Part shown: piece after piece, positions 12,757-27,304 of the stretch
How positions within the stretch are numbered: position 1 is the first letter of the stretch
Layout: each line of letters begins with the position of its first letter
Source: Massalongia carnosa
Taxonomy: Eukaryota
Length of the DNA: 64,000 nucleotides
Assembly (NCBI GenBank): GCA_965645245.1
Contig: OZ287070.1
Coordinates: forward strand, 1,674,001-1,738,000
Direction: 5' to 3'
Made by a program: the position numbers and the translations under genes
The notes under the pieces: model-generated
Told to the model about the DNA's origin: nothing
Database searches by the model: none
What the model saw: only the letters and a program-made list of their open reading frames with translations

Positions 12757-14606
12757 GCGCCTACATCTTAGTTGAATTGGAGCAATGATATCAAAAGTAT
12801 GAAGCAAGGATTCCATGAATCTGGCTGGAAATCTGTTAGGGTTGGAAGGGAGGAAGAGGACACATTCAATGGCGGAAGACCAAGGACTTTTCTCGTCTTG
12901 TTATCTCTTACACGTATTCTTCCTTTTCCCATCATGTCTACACGTTTCATTAGCGGGAGCTGAGAGTACATAAAGACAGGCGCCAATCAAACCTAGAAGG
13001 GGTTGAAAGGGGTTTCGGAATCCATTGGCATTTCTGGGGTTCTGCAAGTCTCGTGACCCGGTTGCGGGGGTGGGCTTCTGAATTTTCCTTCCCCATTATG
13101 GGACGGGGAGCGCAAGAAATGGACGAGGATGGGGGGATATTGGAAGTTCGGAGTTGCGATAGGCGGGAGAAAGGGGGAGGGGTTTGATACGCTAGATGAT
13201 GGGATGTTCTGTTTCTAGATAGAACCCGCCTCGGTCCTAGCTTACCGTCTCGAATACAAGGTATGACTTGACATGATTTGACATGGCATGAAATTCTGAG
13301 CGTTTTCGCTTGATTGCTTGATTCCTTGCTGGCTTGCTTGCTTGCTGTGTGCTACGCTATTGCGACCGGGAGGGAATGGTGGATGGGTGATTGAATAAGA
13401 TAGATGGATTTGGAAGAAGGGATGTTTAGATATGTGATTTCTCGGAAATTTCTCGTTTTCGAGTGGTGAAAACTCTTAATGTTTATTTGATTTTTTGTTA
13501 CCTTCCCCCCTCCCCCCCCCCTCTCAAAAAGAAAGTGGGATGAGTGGATGAAGGGATGGAAAGAACAAATATATAAACTCAGGCTAGGCTAGGCTGGATA
13601 TTGATTACGTGGGGAATTTACCCGGAAGGGGGGGACGGGGGTGAGAGAGGCGTGAAGTGCGAAGAATGGATGGGGAGGTTTAGGGATGGGGATGGGGATG
13701 GGGATGATTTGAAGTCTGGCAATGATGATATATGGTTCAATATATATTCTCTCAACCATCTACCTATCACCACCGGAGTGATCAAAGGCCAACACTGAGC
13801 AATGCTATGAGAAACGGTTCTCGAGTTCTTCCATTGACAGCTTTCCTATCTATTCTACGAGAGAATGAGAAGAACCTAGTAGTTTCCAGGAAGAAAGGAC
13901 GAGAGAGAGAGAGAGAGAGAGGAGAAGATAGTAGTAGCGTAGGTGATACATAGGTGGTAGAGAGGGTAGAGAACGGCTGGAGTGAAAGAAGAGGTGGTTT
14001 TGAAGGTCCGGGGGGAGGATTAGTCGGCGGTGGAAAGCTAGGATAAAAGTTTTCATGGAGATTGTGATGTCTAAGTCTGTTTGTGGCGAAGGTAGGCATG
14101 CTATCGATTTTTAAGGTCCTCAATAGAGTAAGGGCGCGAAAGGATGCATTCGGCGTTCTACTGATCAGCCAATCTTTGGCGGTGGCAACAGGACCATGAA
14201 TCCCTAAAACCTTTGAGTAAAAACCATTAGCGGATTGATTCTCAACGAGGATGGGTTATACAAGAACAGGAGAGCGGAGAAGCGTCATTAAAAAATTAGA
14301 GTGTTTATTGTTGCTTTTTTTGTCTCGTCATGGGAGATCGGGGTTAAAAAGGTATAATCATTCGCCTTAAGGGTAAAATGCAAGGAAGAGGGAAGGTGAG
14401 GCTTACGTTCTCGAGAGATAAGCAGGCAAAGCTGCAGGGAAAACATATATCCATGAAGGAGTGAAACATAATTAGTGTGCAGGTAGCTTTCACATATAGA
14501 AGCAAGGTTTTATGCATGGCTTCCATCGTCTGTATTGCTTTCTATTCATTGGTAAAAATCCTAGCCATAGCACGGATTTGTGCAACGAAAATCGCCTACT
14601 CATAAT

Positions 14607-15748
14607 CTAATCAAAAAGACCACCAAATCCTGGAAGGCATTAGCATGCAAACTAATGAACCAAGGGGAATACTAACCTTCATCTCCGCTTTCTTCAGCTT
14701 CGGACTCTGGCTCCGGCTTCTTATCATCCTCTTCAGGTTTCTCGGCTTCGCCTGTCGGAGCCGAAGGTCCGACCGAAGCATACGCGTCGGGGTTCGCGAT
14801 GCGATCTTTGAGTTCATCAATACCTTCCCAGCTATAATCCGTCTCGATGGCAACGGAAAGAACTTGTTTGTAACCATTGATTAGAGAATGTACAATAGAT
14901 GGTAGGGTGGGGTAGTTTGTAGCAAGGGAAATCGTGGTGATGGTCTGAATGGCGGAGTTCAACGCCGCGAGCAGCTGCTCCTCCTTGATGTCGAGAACAC
15001 TAGGGCTGAAGACCTGACCGCTGTCATACACCTGAGAGATGCTCATGCCGTAGGTGAAGGGCGAGATGTTGAGCATGTTGAGTAAAGTCGCTTCGGAAGC
15101 ACCGACTTTGGTGCCTGCGTCGACGAGCTTCAGGTCCGTCGTGATTTCAATGGTGCCACGCGCGATTTTGGTAGGGACGCCCAGCGCTTGGAAGAAGGAC
15201 GTCTTGCCGGGTTCCATGCCTGTGTTTCCTGCTGGAACGAAGACGTCTGCGGGAGCTATGGCGCCTGCTCTTGCAGGAGCGGCGACCTTCTCGGCTAGGA
15301 TGACATCTCGGGTCTTGTTGAGATCCGCGTTGGTGAAGATGAAGCCAACATTGCCTGTTGCGCATTAAAAAATACCTGTATTTCCGAATCCTCGAAAGAC
15401 GAATGTACCTTTTACGTGGGGCAACAGACGTTCATATTCAGGGAAGTCGCCGAGAAAACCTTTGATAGCTCTACGCACCTAGGACTCTTATAATCAGTAA
15501 AGCGCCGTCTCTAGGTGGGTTTCAAAAGTCATTGTAATTAGCTCATAGCAGAGTCATCTCACCATGGTATTCTTGCCCATAAGAACAACACCCTGCACCT
15601 CACCCCCTCCCCTCAAACTTTTCCGGATCTTGTGCATTTGCTGAGAGCTGACATTGTCCACGGTAACTATGAAGATGGATTTGTACTCCTCGAGTAAGCC
15701 CTTGAGCTTGTCAAAGTAGGCCGCTTTATTGCTGGTTCTGCCCCCCAT
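14607..15748 (-). CDS. RPP0: 60S acidic ribosomal protein P0 (uL10)
   Basis: [19 protein letters not shown]...[29 protein letters not shown] and acidic tail ESGDEGFGGLFD*. Three introns. Confidence 0.96.
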
Positions 15749-16010
15749 TTCTTCTTGGAGTTGAAGATAGGATATTTAAGGGTCAGAGATGCGAAAACGA
15801 GGGTTTGGAGAAAGCTGAGGAATCGTAGATGTAGCCGTTGTTTTCGGTTTTTAAGATTGAATTAACTAATAAATTATCCGTGGGTCTCGCTTGCGCTTAG
15901 TTAGTTAGGTAACTCTATAATTAATGTTAATTAACTCAATTACTCTAGGACAAATCAACTTTCCTGACCAGAATGTAATCAGGTATCTATAAATCAAAGA
16001 ATCTCGTACA

Positions 16011-17781
16011 ATGCTACGTCCATTTCAATGTCTTCTGTGTTATGTTCATGAAAATACTGGCATTCTGCTGGCAGCGTCTGGATCTTCAATATACTCCTTT
16101 GACCTCTTCAAAGGAAATCTCCTATCCAGATGGCCGCATAATCGAAAGAATGAGTCCACCCCGGAGGACGCTTCGAATCCTGATACCAATAACTTCGAAG
16201 ATGACGCAGTGGAGGCTAACGAGCAGCAAGAACTGGAACGCCCACTAAAGCGCCTGAAAAACTCTCCTAGCAGAGAAACTCCCGGGGACATCCCTATAGA
16301 ATTCCTTTCAAGTGATGAGCTTGGTGATAACTCAAACATAGTTAATAGTGTTATCTGCCAATCTACCGTTATCAAACTTGCTGGCCCTACCAAAGGTCGT
16401 TTTATTGTTGCTGTTACAGGAGACAAGAGCATCCGGGTCCTACATTTATCCTTAGAAGGTACCTTGAAACAGCTGAGTGAGAGGTATCCCTTCTTTTCCC
16501 GGGTAGATGATATGTCAAGTCACTAATTACAGACGTAGGCCCATGCCAAAGAGACCTTGCTCAGTGGTCTTAACGCCAGATGAAAAGACTATCCTATGCG
16601 CTGATAAATTTGGTGACGTCTATTCGCTGCCTTTGATAGTTCCGTCACTTGAAGTTCTTTCCAGTGCCAAGGGGATTCTTGATTCCGAGTCACATAGAAA
16701 GCCGTTTGTTCCAGCTGCAAACTCTCAGACTGTTCATACTCGGCGAAACCAGATTGCACTTCAAAATCAACAGAAACTAATAAAACAGACTTGCAAGAAG
16801 AAATCTTTAGAGTTCGATCATCAATTACTTTTAGGTCATGTATCGCTTCTAACAGATTTGAAATGTGTGAGTATAATTGATAGATCTCGTCACTATCCAA
16901 TACATAAAACATATATTCTCACCTCGGACCGAGATGAGCACATTCGTGTCTCTCGAGGTATTCCCCAAACTCATGTTATTGAAGGATACTGCCTAGGCCA
17001 TACCGATTTTGTGAGCCGACTATGTATCCCAAGCTGGAATCGAAAGATATTGATCTCGGGTGGAGGTGATGACTTCCTAGTAGTTTGGAACTGGATTTCG
17101 GGGGAAATACGACAAAAAGCGGATCTGAAAGATCCTATCAACTATTTTAAAAGACAGTTTGCTTCAAACTTCAGCAGCTCAGCTAACAACGAGGTTTCTC
17201 CATCCAATGTGATTCTATCGTCCAGAGGAGACTATCAAGAAGAACATATTGCCGTCTCCGGTATCTGGGCGTTGCAAATATCAATCTCAGAATCAAAAGA
17301 AATACGAGGGGGAGTAGTTGTCGCTTGTGAAGGGTAAGTCATGGTCTCTAAAGTGAGTGTTTCCTGCTAATGAACTACCCATAGTCTCCCAGCTCTGTTT
17401 ATTTTCTCTCTGGACACTGAGTGTAACTTACTGTTTGTCAAATATTTCACTCTTCCTGGTAACGTTATTGATGTGACTGTTCTACCCGAAAAAGCAATGC
17501 TCATCTACTCGCTCGACAACTACCATAAACCATTCTCAACTACAGCTGCCACAAGCGCCTCTGAACAGTTATCACGGCCTATGATTGGATATTTGAGCGT
17601 TGATGAATTGGGTGATTGGAAAGATGTCTGTGATGTAGAAGATGCTATGGAATGCATGGAGCGGAGCGCCAAAGCAGAACAGCCTGCAGTGGACCCAGGC
17701 TCGGAAAAGGATAGACCGCTGGGAGAATTATTATATGGGATAGAAAATCTTAGAAAACGAGGCCAGGAAGAACAAGACTAG
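16011..17781 (+). CDS. TRM82: tRNA m7G46 methyltransferase non-catalytic WD40 subunit Trm82
   Basis: Motifs MPKRP, ADKFGDVY, LLGHVSLLTD, ILTSDRDEHIRVSR and YCLGHTDFV. Two introns; divergent from RPP0 across 262 bp. Confidence 0.9.
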
Positions 17782-17968
17782 GAATTCTCCTATCAATATC
17801 TACAGTTCTCTAAAATTATCGTGAAACCGTAGCTTTTGAGATCTCATATATAAATTTACGATTACCAAGTAATATCTATACATGTTCAACAACAGGGTAC
17901 TCCCGATATATTTGATAAGTGATATTTAGTTTGACAAAGATCACACGGTGATCGCTATTTGCTCTGGG

Positions 17969-19216
17969 ATGACGGACTTTGCACCTCTGAAGAATGACTT
18001 GCTACTGCGAACAGCGCGGGGTATGATGGCATTAAATTATTCAAGTAGATCGAACTAATGAGCATATATAGGTGAACGTGTTGAGCGACCTCCAGTATGG
18101 GTTATGCGCCAAGGTACTCCTTACCTCGTCCGGCGGAGAGCAATAGCTAAACACTTGTAGCTGGAAGATATCTCCCAGAATATCACAAAGTCAAGGGCGA
18201 ACGTGACTTCTTTGAGTGCTGCCGCTCTCCAGAGATTGCCTCTACTCTCACCCTACAGCCTATTGAGCGGTATGAAGGCCTCATCGATGCGGCAATAATT
18301 TTTTCCGACATACTCGTTATCCCTCAGGCGATGGGGATGACGGTGGAAATGGTCGACAAGAAAGGGCCACACTTCCCCAATCCTTTGAAAAGCCCAACAG
18401 ACGGACAGTATGAGGAGCTATTGGAAAGAAATGTGGATGTAGAAAAGGGACTGGATTATGTCTACAGCGCTATAACTCTGACGAGACAGAAACTTCAGGG
18501 CCGAGTGCCCTTGTATGGGTTTTGTGGTGCTCCGTGGACCCTATTCTGCTATATGGTTGAAGGTGGAGGAAGCAAGCTTTTCATACAAGTCAAGACATGG
18601 ATCTACAAATACCCTCATGAGAGCAGAAGACTGCTAGACAAATTGGCCAAACTCTGCGTGGAATATCTCGCACTTCAAGTTAAAGCTGGCGCACAAATTG
18701 TTCAAGTTTTCGACTCCTGGGCAGCAGAGCTATCCCCTTCCTCGTTCAGGGACTTCTCGTTGCCATACCTACGGTATATTTCCAAATATTTACCTAACCG
18801 CCTAAAGGCTCTACAACAGAAGCAAGTTCCCATGGTAGTGTTTGCAAAGGGTGCTTGGTATGCTTTGAATGATCTCTGCGATTCTGGGTATCAAGTTGTT
18901 GGTCTGGACTGGCTTCAAGACCCAGCAGATGCAATGAAGATCGCCAAAGGTCGAGTTGTGTTACAGGGTAACGCTGATCCCGGGGTTCTTTATGGCGGTA
19001 AGGAGGCAATCACCGCTGTTGTACAGGAGATGGTCAACGGTTTTGGGGGGGGAAGGCAAGGATGGATTGCAAATTTGGGGCATGGTGAGCAGTGCGAACA
19101 TCATATAATGGCTAAGTATTTATGGACAAATAGGTATTACGCCGTTCGTCAATCCCGACGACTTGAAGTTCTATTTCGAAGAGATACATCGGCTGACAAG
19201 CTCCACCGCCAAATGA
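17969..19216 (+). CDS. HEM12: Uroporphyrinogen decarboxylase
   Basis: [51 protein letters not shown] and ANLGHG|ITP across 4 exons. Confidence 0.95.
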
Positions 19217-19298
19217 ACAATGATGGGTTAGCATGCGGTATGCGTTGATAACGATACATAACTAATATAGGTTAAATGTACCATAACAGACTGCTACC

Positions 19299-19860
19299 TC
19301 ATTCCCCGATGTCCTCGTTCCTGTTAATGTGTTGGTCTGATGATAAGATGACCACCGAAAAGGGCTACTTACCAAACTTCTGGCTTCTCTGTTTTGAATT
19401 TCTGCATTATGGCCCGACATTCTGCATTGTCAAGCACGACTACTTCAATACCTCTTTCCTTAAGATAAGCCTCGCCACCAACGAATGTCTGATTCTCTCC
19501 AATAACGACCCTTGCGACTTTGTATAAGATACACGCTCCTGTACACATATCGCATGGCGAAAGCGTTGTGTACAGAGTAGCGCCCCTGTAAGCCATAGCT
19601 GGGAGTCTACCAGAATGCTCCAATGCTGAGATCTCAGCCTAGGACGGTCAATAGGAGTCAAATTATAGAAACATCCCAGGCAGCAAAGACTATCGCCGTA
19701 CATGAAGAGTGGCGCTGCCTCGTTGCACCCGCATGTTGTGGCCTCGACCAAGGATTTTTCCATCTCGCGATACCAAGCAGGCGCCAATGGGTACTCCCCC
19801 CTCCTGGGCTCCAATCTTAGCCTCTGCTACTGCATCAGCGAAGCCTAGATCCTGCTCCAT
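19299..19860 (-). CDS. FCY1: Cytosine deaminase
   Basis: EGGVPIGA..GRGHNMRVQRGSATLH|AEISALE (HxE), SPCDMC (PCxxC) and W|NEDIGE*. Two introns; convergent with HEM12. Confidence 0.93.
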
Positions 19861-20180
19861 TATTCGTAGGCTGAGGGAAAGTCGGAGAGGTTTTACGGTG
19901 AGTCAGCGAGAAAGTACAAGTTCTGCAGGGCTGCTTTGCTCGTTCTCGCTTCTTTCCGAATAGGCAAGCATCTAGCACTAAATGTAGTTAGCTCTATTTT
20001 TAGCGTCAACGGCCATGGGCCTGTATACCGTAATTCAACTTGAATTAATTCTCGATTTCAAATATATTCGCTTCAGATCAAACCGATTTCGCGCATGGTT
20101 TCTTAGCTTCATCAAACCCGAACAGAGAGCCTAAGACAAAAGCCTCACATGGCATGTAAGGCTGCGGAAATTGGAGCCTC

Positions 20181-20205
20181 GGAAGGCTGTAGAAGACTTT
20201 AGAAA
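20181..20205 (+). promoter_or_regulatory. Candidate step-type heat shock element upstream of YDJ1
   Basis: GAA at 20182, 20192 and 20202 (exact 10-bp spacing) upstream of an Hsp40 gene, a canonical Hsf1 target class. Confidence 0.5.
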
Positions 20206-20605
20206 TCCGAAACCTCATTCTAGGTTAGCGCAATCGATTTGCAAGCCGAGCAGTTTATCGATTTTCGACTATATTTTATTTAACTTTAACACATTTACAG
20301 CTGTAAACCTTTTGTGTTTTAACAAAGTGGATCACTTCTATTCCTTGACAATCTTGAAGGCATTCACTATACTCTATATCTCATCTCAAAACTTCCAGGT
20401 GCGTTCACTCTAATCCCAAAAATCCTCTGCGAACGGACGAGCCGGGATTATTATAGCCTGCAATGTTCATGCACATGCTGATCTTGCCTCCCCACAGCCT
20501 TAAAGTGCCCTACTTGTCCTTAATATTTCGCGATAGTCCAGCACAAGATTCAACGCGAACACACTCAAACACTTGAATCCTTTTGATCTGAGAGAGTCGG
20601 CAAAA

Positions 20606-22022
20606 ATGGTCAAGGAGACCAAGTTCTATGATATTCTGGGGGTGAGTTTTCCAGCGTTTGTGGCAACTATGGGCAAGATGATTGCTAATATTGAAATTTC
20701 CTTAGGTTTCCCCAAATGCGACAGAACCCGAGTTGAAGTCCGCATATAAGAAAGGAGCTCTTAAGCACCATCCAGGTATGGCCCTTTTCAATCTTTCAAC
20801 GCCACCGAACTAACCACGTGTTTGCAAAAGACAAAAATGCACACAATCCCGATGCCGCAGAGAAATTCAAGGATTTGTCACGCGCCTACGAAGTCCTTTC
20901 GGACACTCAAAAGCGTCAGATTTATGATCAGTACGGGGAGGAGGGGTTAGAACAAGGTGGAGGTGGCGGAGGTATGGCAGCTGAGGACCTTTTCGCTCAA
21001 TTCTTTGGTGGTGGAGGTGGAGCCTTTGGTAGCATGTTCGGTGGTGGCATGCGCGACACTGGCCCCAAAAAAGCAAGAACGATTCATCACGTACACAAGG
21101 TTACGCTAGAAGATATCTACCGAGGAAAGGTCTCGAAACTTGCGCTTCAAAAGTCGGTCATATGCCCTGCTTGCGACGGGCGTGGTGGAAAAGAGGGTGC
21201 GGTCAAGACGTGCAACGGCTGCAGTGGTGCTGGAATGAAGATGATGATGCGGCAGATGGGTCCTATGATCCAACGTTTTCAGACTGTGTGCCCGGATTGC
21301 AATGGAGAAGGAGAGATTATCCGGGATAAAGATAGGTGTAAGCGTTGCAGCGGAAAAAAGACTGTCATCGAGCGAAAAGTGCTCCACGTTCACGTGGATA
21401 AGGGAGTTAAGAGTGGTCACAAGATTGATTTCCGTGGAGAAGGTGACCAGTCGCCAGGGATCCTTCCGGGTGATGTGCAGTTTGAGATCGAACAAAAACC
21501 CCATCCTCGCTTCCAACGCAAGGACGACGACCTTTTTTATCGTGCCGAAATTGATCTCCTTACCGCACTGGCTGGAGGTGCGATATACATTGAGCATTTA
21601 GACGATCGATGGCTCACGGTGAACATCGAGCCTGGAGAGGTCATTAGTCCTGGTAAGACATTGCCATGCCTCTATATCCTCTGGCGTAAAATTAACTTTG
21701 TATAGGCGAAGTTAAGATGATCCGCGGGCAAGGAATGCCTTCCATGCGGCACCACGATTTTGGAAATCTCTACATTCAGTTCGAAGTCAAATTCCCACCC
21801 CAGATGTTCAACACGCCTGAAAAGCTTGCATTGCTCGAAGATGTTTTGCCGCCTCGTGAACCTACCAGTCTGCCTCCACCTGACTCGATGAATGATGATT
21901 ACTCGCTGGAAGAAGTTGATCAGAGCGGACAACGACGTGCACAAGGTGCCACAACTACGGACGAAGACGAAGAGGACGGGGTGCCACATGGAGCTGAGAG
22001 GATGCAATGTGCATCGCAGTGA
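20606..22022 (+). CDS. YDJ1: Type I Hsp40/DnaJ (Ydj1/Mas5)
   Basis: J domain [18 protein letters not shown] region, four CxxCxGxG-type repeats and C-terminal CaaX (CASQ). Three coding introns plus a probable 5'UTR intron at ~20399-20497. Confidence 0.95.
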
Positions 22023-22600
22023 TTGTGATGTAAGGGCCTCACGATGGACGAATGAACGCAGCCTAAAACCAAGAATACTAGGCGCTATTAGGTTTATCTT
22101 AGCATGGCTCTTGATTTTTCCTCTTCTGTATGTGCTTCTGAAGGCCCGCATTCTTATTAAATGTGCGTTCACGCCAGCTTCTGCTCCTGCACAAATGGCT
22201 CTACGGGACTCAAAAGGATACGCCATCATTCTGTTAATCCCCGGAGACTGGGGTCTCTGGAGTCTGGGTGGTATCTGGGCGTGTGTCGAGCACATCTAGT
22301 TGATAGATTTTCCTGCCGGCGATGTTTCATAAACCATTGTGTTTCTAGACGCGCGCCCTTTATGATACGCAAGGCGTTAATAGAGTGCTTTAGATGAAAT
22401 ATCGAATAACTGTTTTGCTTGGGTTCATCCTGATAAAGTATCCGGAGGGGTTCATTAATAACACAAAGCTTTCGAGCACTGGTAGATTAAATAAACCTAT
22501 GGCGCTCTGGTGTGACAAACCCCTATTCCCCAGCTAGCTTCAGCCCTATGGATGGCATCCCTCGCGTCGCGTCAATCCCGTTGTTAACGTCGTATCAAAC

Positions 22601-25600
22601 ATGCGTTATGTAGCTACTCATAAATCATGCTTACAGGTTGTAAGAGCACTGGTTTCTAAAAATGTACGTATCGGATTCACCGAGAGATCAGTTCATATCA
22701 AGGTGCGTCGTTGGAGGCCATGGCAGTGTACCTATTCGAAAATCCAAATCCATATCAGAGGAGCAAAATCAAGGGCGACGGTGCAGCTCAAGGATCTTCC
22801 GCAAGGGGTCCTTGAGTCTGAGCACGCGGTCAGGGAGAAAGAAGACGATGGACCAGCATATCCCATGATGATTCAACAAGCCCGGAACAACATGCGGAAA
22901 TTTGCAGACTATGTTTTATTGACGAGAGTTGGAGGCTTCTACGAGGTGAACTTGGAAGTTTCACATCTTCTGGTATTGAATTTAATCAATTCTTAGCTTT
23001 ATTTTGAGCACGCCGACGTATATGGCCCTTTGCTCAATCTCAAGGTCGCGCAAAAGAAGACAACGGCCGGGTTGGTCTCAATGGTACATGGCTCCTTTTC
23101 ATTCTTGCTCATTGAAGGTTTTTCATAACTTATCATCATTCAGGCAGGATTTCCGTTCTTTCAGCTAGATCGTTTTCTCAAAATTCTAGTACAAGATCTC
23201 AGCAAATTTGTGGCTATCAGTGAGGAATTTGCCAACGATGCCTCAGGCAAGATCAAATCTGGAGGATTGATTTTTGATCGCAGAGTCACCAGAATTATTA
23301 CGCCCGGCACTTTGATTGATGAAAAGTTTATGGATCCTTTCGAGAACAATTTTCTCCTAGCCATACGCCCAGGCAAAGCACTACCGGAGGAAATTCCACC
23401 CCAAGATATGCCTCAGGAGCTAAGGATTACGACCGCATTATCAGCATCAGTCTCAAAGCCCATTGGTCTTGCCTGGCTAGACCTCTCTACTGGCGATTTC
23501 TTTACGCAGACCGTCGAGGTGGGAACTCTTTCATCAGCTCTTGCACGGGTAGGTGCCAGGGAGACAGTCCTAAGTAACGATATCACCAGCCCTTTACAAC
23601 AAAGTATATTGCATATACTCGAACAGGATCGCTATCTTGTGACACGTCACTCTATCGAGCAAGAGGTGCTTCCAATTTCGACTTGGTCATCCATGCTGGA
23701 AAGAGCAGTGCCTCCTGCCGAGGAATCTTCTTTTACAGAAGAAGAGATTGCCGCCGGTGGTTTACTCCTTGGCTACGTCAAGGAGAATTTACAGGGATTA
23801 GGAATAAAGTTACAACCTCCAAAGCGACGACACAACAACGAAAATATGGAGATTGACAAAAACAGCTTGAAGGGACTTGAGGTTCTAGAAACAGCAAGGG
23901 AGGGCTCAGGAGGGGGCAAAGGAAGTTTACTGCACTCTGTGCGCCGAACTATAACGAAGAGCGGTACGAGATTACTCAAAGATTGGATAGGTATGTCTCT
24001 TTCTTACATTTCAGCAACCATGGATATGCAGTTACTACATTCCCACCCTTGGTCCAAGGCTCTCAAGACGTTCAGGAACTATCATGCAACTAACATGACT
24101 AGCTTCACCATCAATGTCTCTACATGTCATTAATTCAAGACTTAATCTTGTATCTCAATTCTGCACGGACCAAGCTCTGAGAGAGAAAATCACTCTGTTG
24201 CTCAGTCGCAGCTATGATAGCCAGCGCCTTGTCCAGAAGTTCTCCATGGGTAGGGGTGATGCTGATGATCTGGTCAGCCTGCTCCGGACTATCGAGGCCA
24301 CGAAGGAAATAGCTAGTATCTTGAAGAAGCGCATTTTTGCGTCGTCAGCAGACACGGAATTAGTTGTCCCGGACTCGGCGGCTTCTCAGCCGCTTCAGAA
24401 TCTAAGCGACCGACTGTCGCTTGAGGGACCGAATGCGCTTGCTCTTAGCATTGCAGCAGCGATTGACGAGGATGGCTTGATGCAAAGTCATCGTATAGAA
24501 GAGAACGCTAGTGCTGAGATGGTTTCACTTGCTCAGGGCATTTTACGTCATGAGGGATCCATGGAAGACAAGGATGCCATGTCAAGGGTCATTCGCACCA
24601 AAACTGCAAACAAAAAGTCTGCGGAACAGGAATCTGAAGAAGAAGATACATGGATCATGCGTACAAAGTTCGTATTGGCACCTTTCTGAGAACTTAGAGC
24701 TGATCAACCGCATGTAGTGCGAGTTCCGTTTTGGAGGTACTGCACAACAATCTAGATAAATTATATCAGGAAAAAAAGCAACTGACTTCCAATTTGCGAG
24801 ATCAACTAGGTATATTACTACAATATACTTTACATGAAGTAATAGCTAAAATTTAGATAACAGGAGCACAGAGCTTGAGCTTACGTTGGAATCCAGGTGT
24901 AGGACATATATGTCATATACGAGGAGTAAAAGATGTTCGCACCTCCTTACTAAGGCCTACAAGCACAAGGGATACAAGATCTACAAAATCAACTCGATCA
25001 TTTTACCATCCCGAATGGAGTACTCTAGGAGGCAAGATTGACCAAACCAAGCTTCAAATCCGAGTAGAGGAGCAACGCGTTTTCCAAGAGCTTCGCGAGC
25101 AGGTTGTGCTGCAGCTGGTAAGGTTACGACGCAATGCCGTTGTACTTGACGAACTCGATATCGCATGCTCCTTTGCGGTGCTCGCCCAGGAGCAAGGGCT
25201 TGTTCGACCGGTTCTGAATTTAACTACAGACCATAAGATTATTGGTGGGAGACACCCGACTGTCAAGCTGGGTCTGGAAGAGCAAGGGAGGGCATTCATT
25301 AGTAATGATTGCTTTGTTGGTGGGAAGGAGCGCATCTGGCTTATCACTGGTCCGAATATGGCGGGAAAAAGCACTTTCTTGCGACAGAACGCATTGATCT
25401 CCATTCTTGCTCAGGTGGGCTCCTTTGTGCCTGCTGAGCACGCTGAGATCGGTCTCGTTGATCGTATTTTCACCCGGGTTGGGTCCGCTGATAACCTATT
25501 CCGCGATCAATCCACCTTCATGGTGGAAATGCTTGAGACTGCGGCCATATTAAATCAGGCAACATCGCGTTCGTTTGTCATCATGGACGAGATTGGCCGT

Positions 25601-26003
25601 GGCACGACACCAGAGGATGGTATTGCCGTAGGGTTTGCCTGCTTACACCATCTGTATCATAAGAATCAATGTCGAGCCCTATTTGCGACGCACTTTCATG
25701 CTCTAACAGATATGACGAAGGGCTTTGAGAACTTAGCCTGCTTTTGCACGGATGTAGCGGAAGGATCGGACGGTTCCTTTTCGTATGTACATCGCTTGCG
25801 AAGGGGGGTAAACCGTCAATCTCATGCGTTGAAGGTGGCACGCCTAGCTGGTAAGACGCTCAGTTCAAAGGCAGGAGACAATCTCCTAATTATTCGCAGG
25901 TATACCGGAGTCAGCAATCAAAACTGCGCAGCAGGTATTAGAAAGCCTCCGCTCCCGAGCGCCGCTCGTAGAGAGCCCGATACTTGGTGGTGCGAAAGCA
26001 TAA
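22601..26003 (+). CDS. MSH1: Mitochondrial MutS homologue 1
   Basis: LTRVGGFYE mismatch-binding motif, GFPFFQLDR, Walker A ITGPNMAGKSTFLRQ, STFMVEM, MDEIGRGT and FATHFH. Multi-exon; basic N-terminus compatible with a mitochondrial presequence. Confidence 0.93.
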
Positions 26004-27304
26004 TACGCTGAACCAAGGCCTATGCCATCGCGCCGTTTCTTCAATTGTGGTCAAGCCTTTAGCTCCTCGTTCCCTATCAGACTCGGCGCAGGTGGATCAG
26101 CGTAGTATTATATTTTGGTCCCTGTCGTCTAGCTCCATGGGATATACACATGTTTCACGGCGTGGAATGCAGGATTTCACCTCGAGGCTCCCCAGCCTAA
26201 TCGAGTGAAGCTGCCAATAGGGTTACTCGAATGAGCTGAACATCCCCTCACAGCACAGTGGGGGCTACAGAGTTTGGTGATGACCTTCCGTACACTCAGG
26301 GGCGTACGATTTCTGAACGTTAGACTTCGGTGAAATAAACGCCGCTATGAGTTGCGCTTCGCACATGAGGAGTGATTGCGGTGAGAAATGGTGCTAGCAT
26401 TACCATTGGGGAATTGGTGAAATAGGTTTATATTTTATTCAGCGCCAATCGTAGAAATGCGAGGACGTTGACCTTAGTCGCGGCAGAAGCCGTTGAGGTT
26501 TGGGGCGCAAATACCAATGCCGTGGCTCTCGGAACCTCCAACACGAGGGAGTCTCGTAGTTGAGCGAAGAAGCCTGTCCGGGTTGGAGCCAACGTGCAGC
26601 TAGATAGGAGAGTTTTGGTAGTCTTGAAGTCATGTGATCTTTAGCGACGAGGCTGAGTCGAACGTCGTTGGGTGAGACGCACCAATCCTTCTGCTGAAAC
26701 CTGAAGATGACAATTGGTTATTTTATGGCTTACTCAACCATTCTCCCGCTGACTGCATGTATGCCCTACCTCGCTGTAGTTTTCACCTATTTTAGTCATC
26801 ACTCCGTCTCCTTTGATCGAAATGCTTGCAGCTCACTGGCGAGTCTAGATCTTTTGGCTGATAGAATCTAGCATGGAGAGGGGTCGGGAACGACTCTTCA
26901 ACCATTCAGAGGAGGGCTCTAAGTGCGCTGAGCCCTCCACCTCCATTCACCAACCAGATGTAGTTTTCAAGCTGTCCTGATATGTCATCTGTGTGAACTG
27001 TGAGGTTCAGGCGGACGACAACATGCCTAGCCCGTAGCTTAATCACACTAGGAGATTTCATGGGTAGAGGCACAGAAACCCAAGATCAGAGCAGAGGGGT
27101 CAGTCTTTTTGGAACAGATGTTCCAACGCCTCAACTCAATGCCTCTGATGACTAGCATCCTACTATGTCTTCGTTATCTTTCATGCATTGTCTTCTCCTC
27201 CGTCTTGCATTCTCTCAGCATGAGCTTTTCCATCTCATCTCGTTGACTTTGTTCGTTGGCGTGCTTGGAGCGCGAAGGCAATAGCCAAAGGTCCATTGCT
27301 AGCC

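Noticed and set aside
12800..14550. ORFs and GA/GGGGAT repeats between MEX67 and RPP0
   Set aside because: Low-complexity intergenic microsatellites; the ORFs are compositional artefacts.
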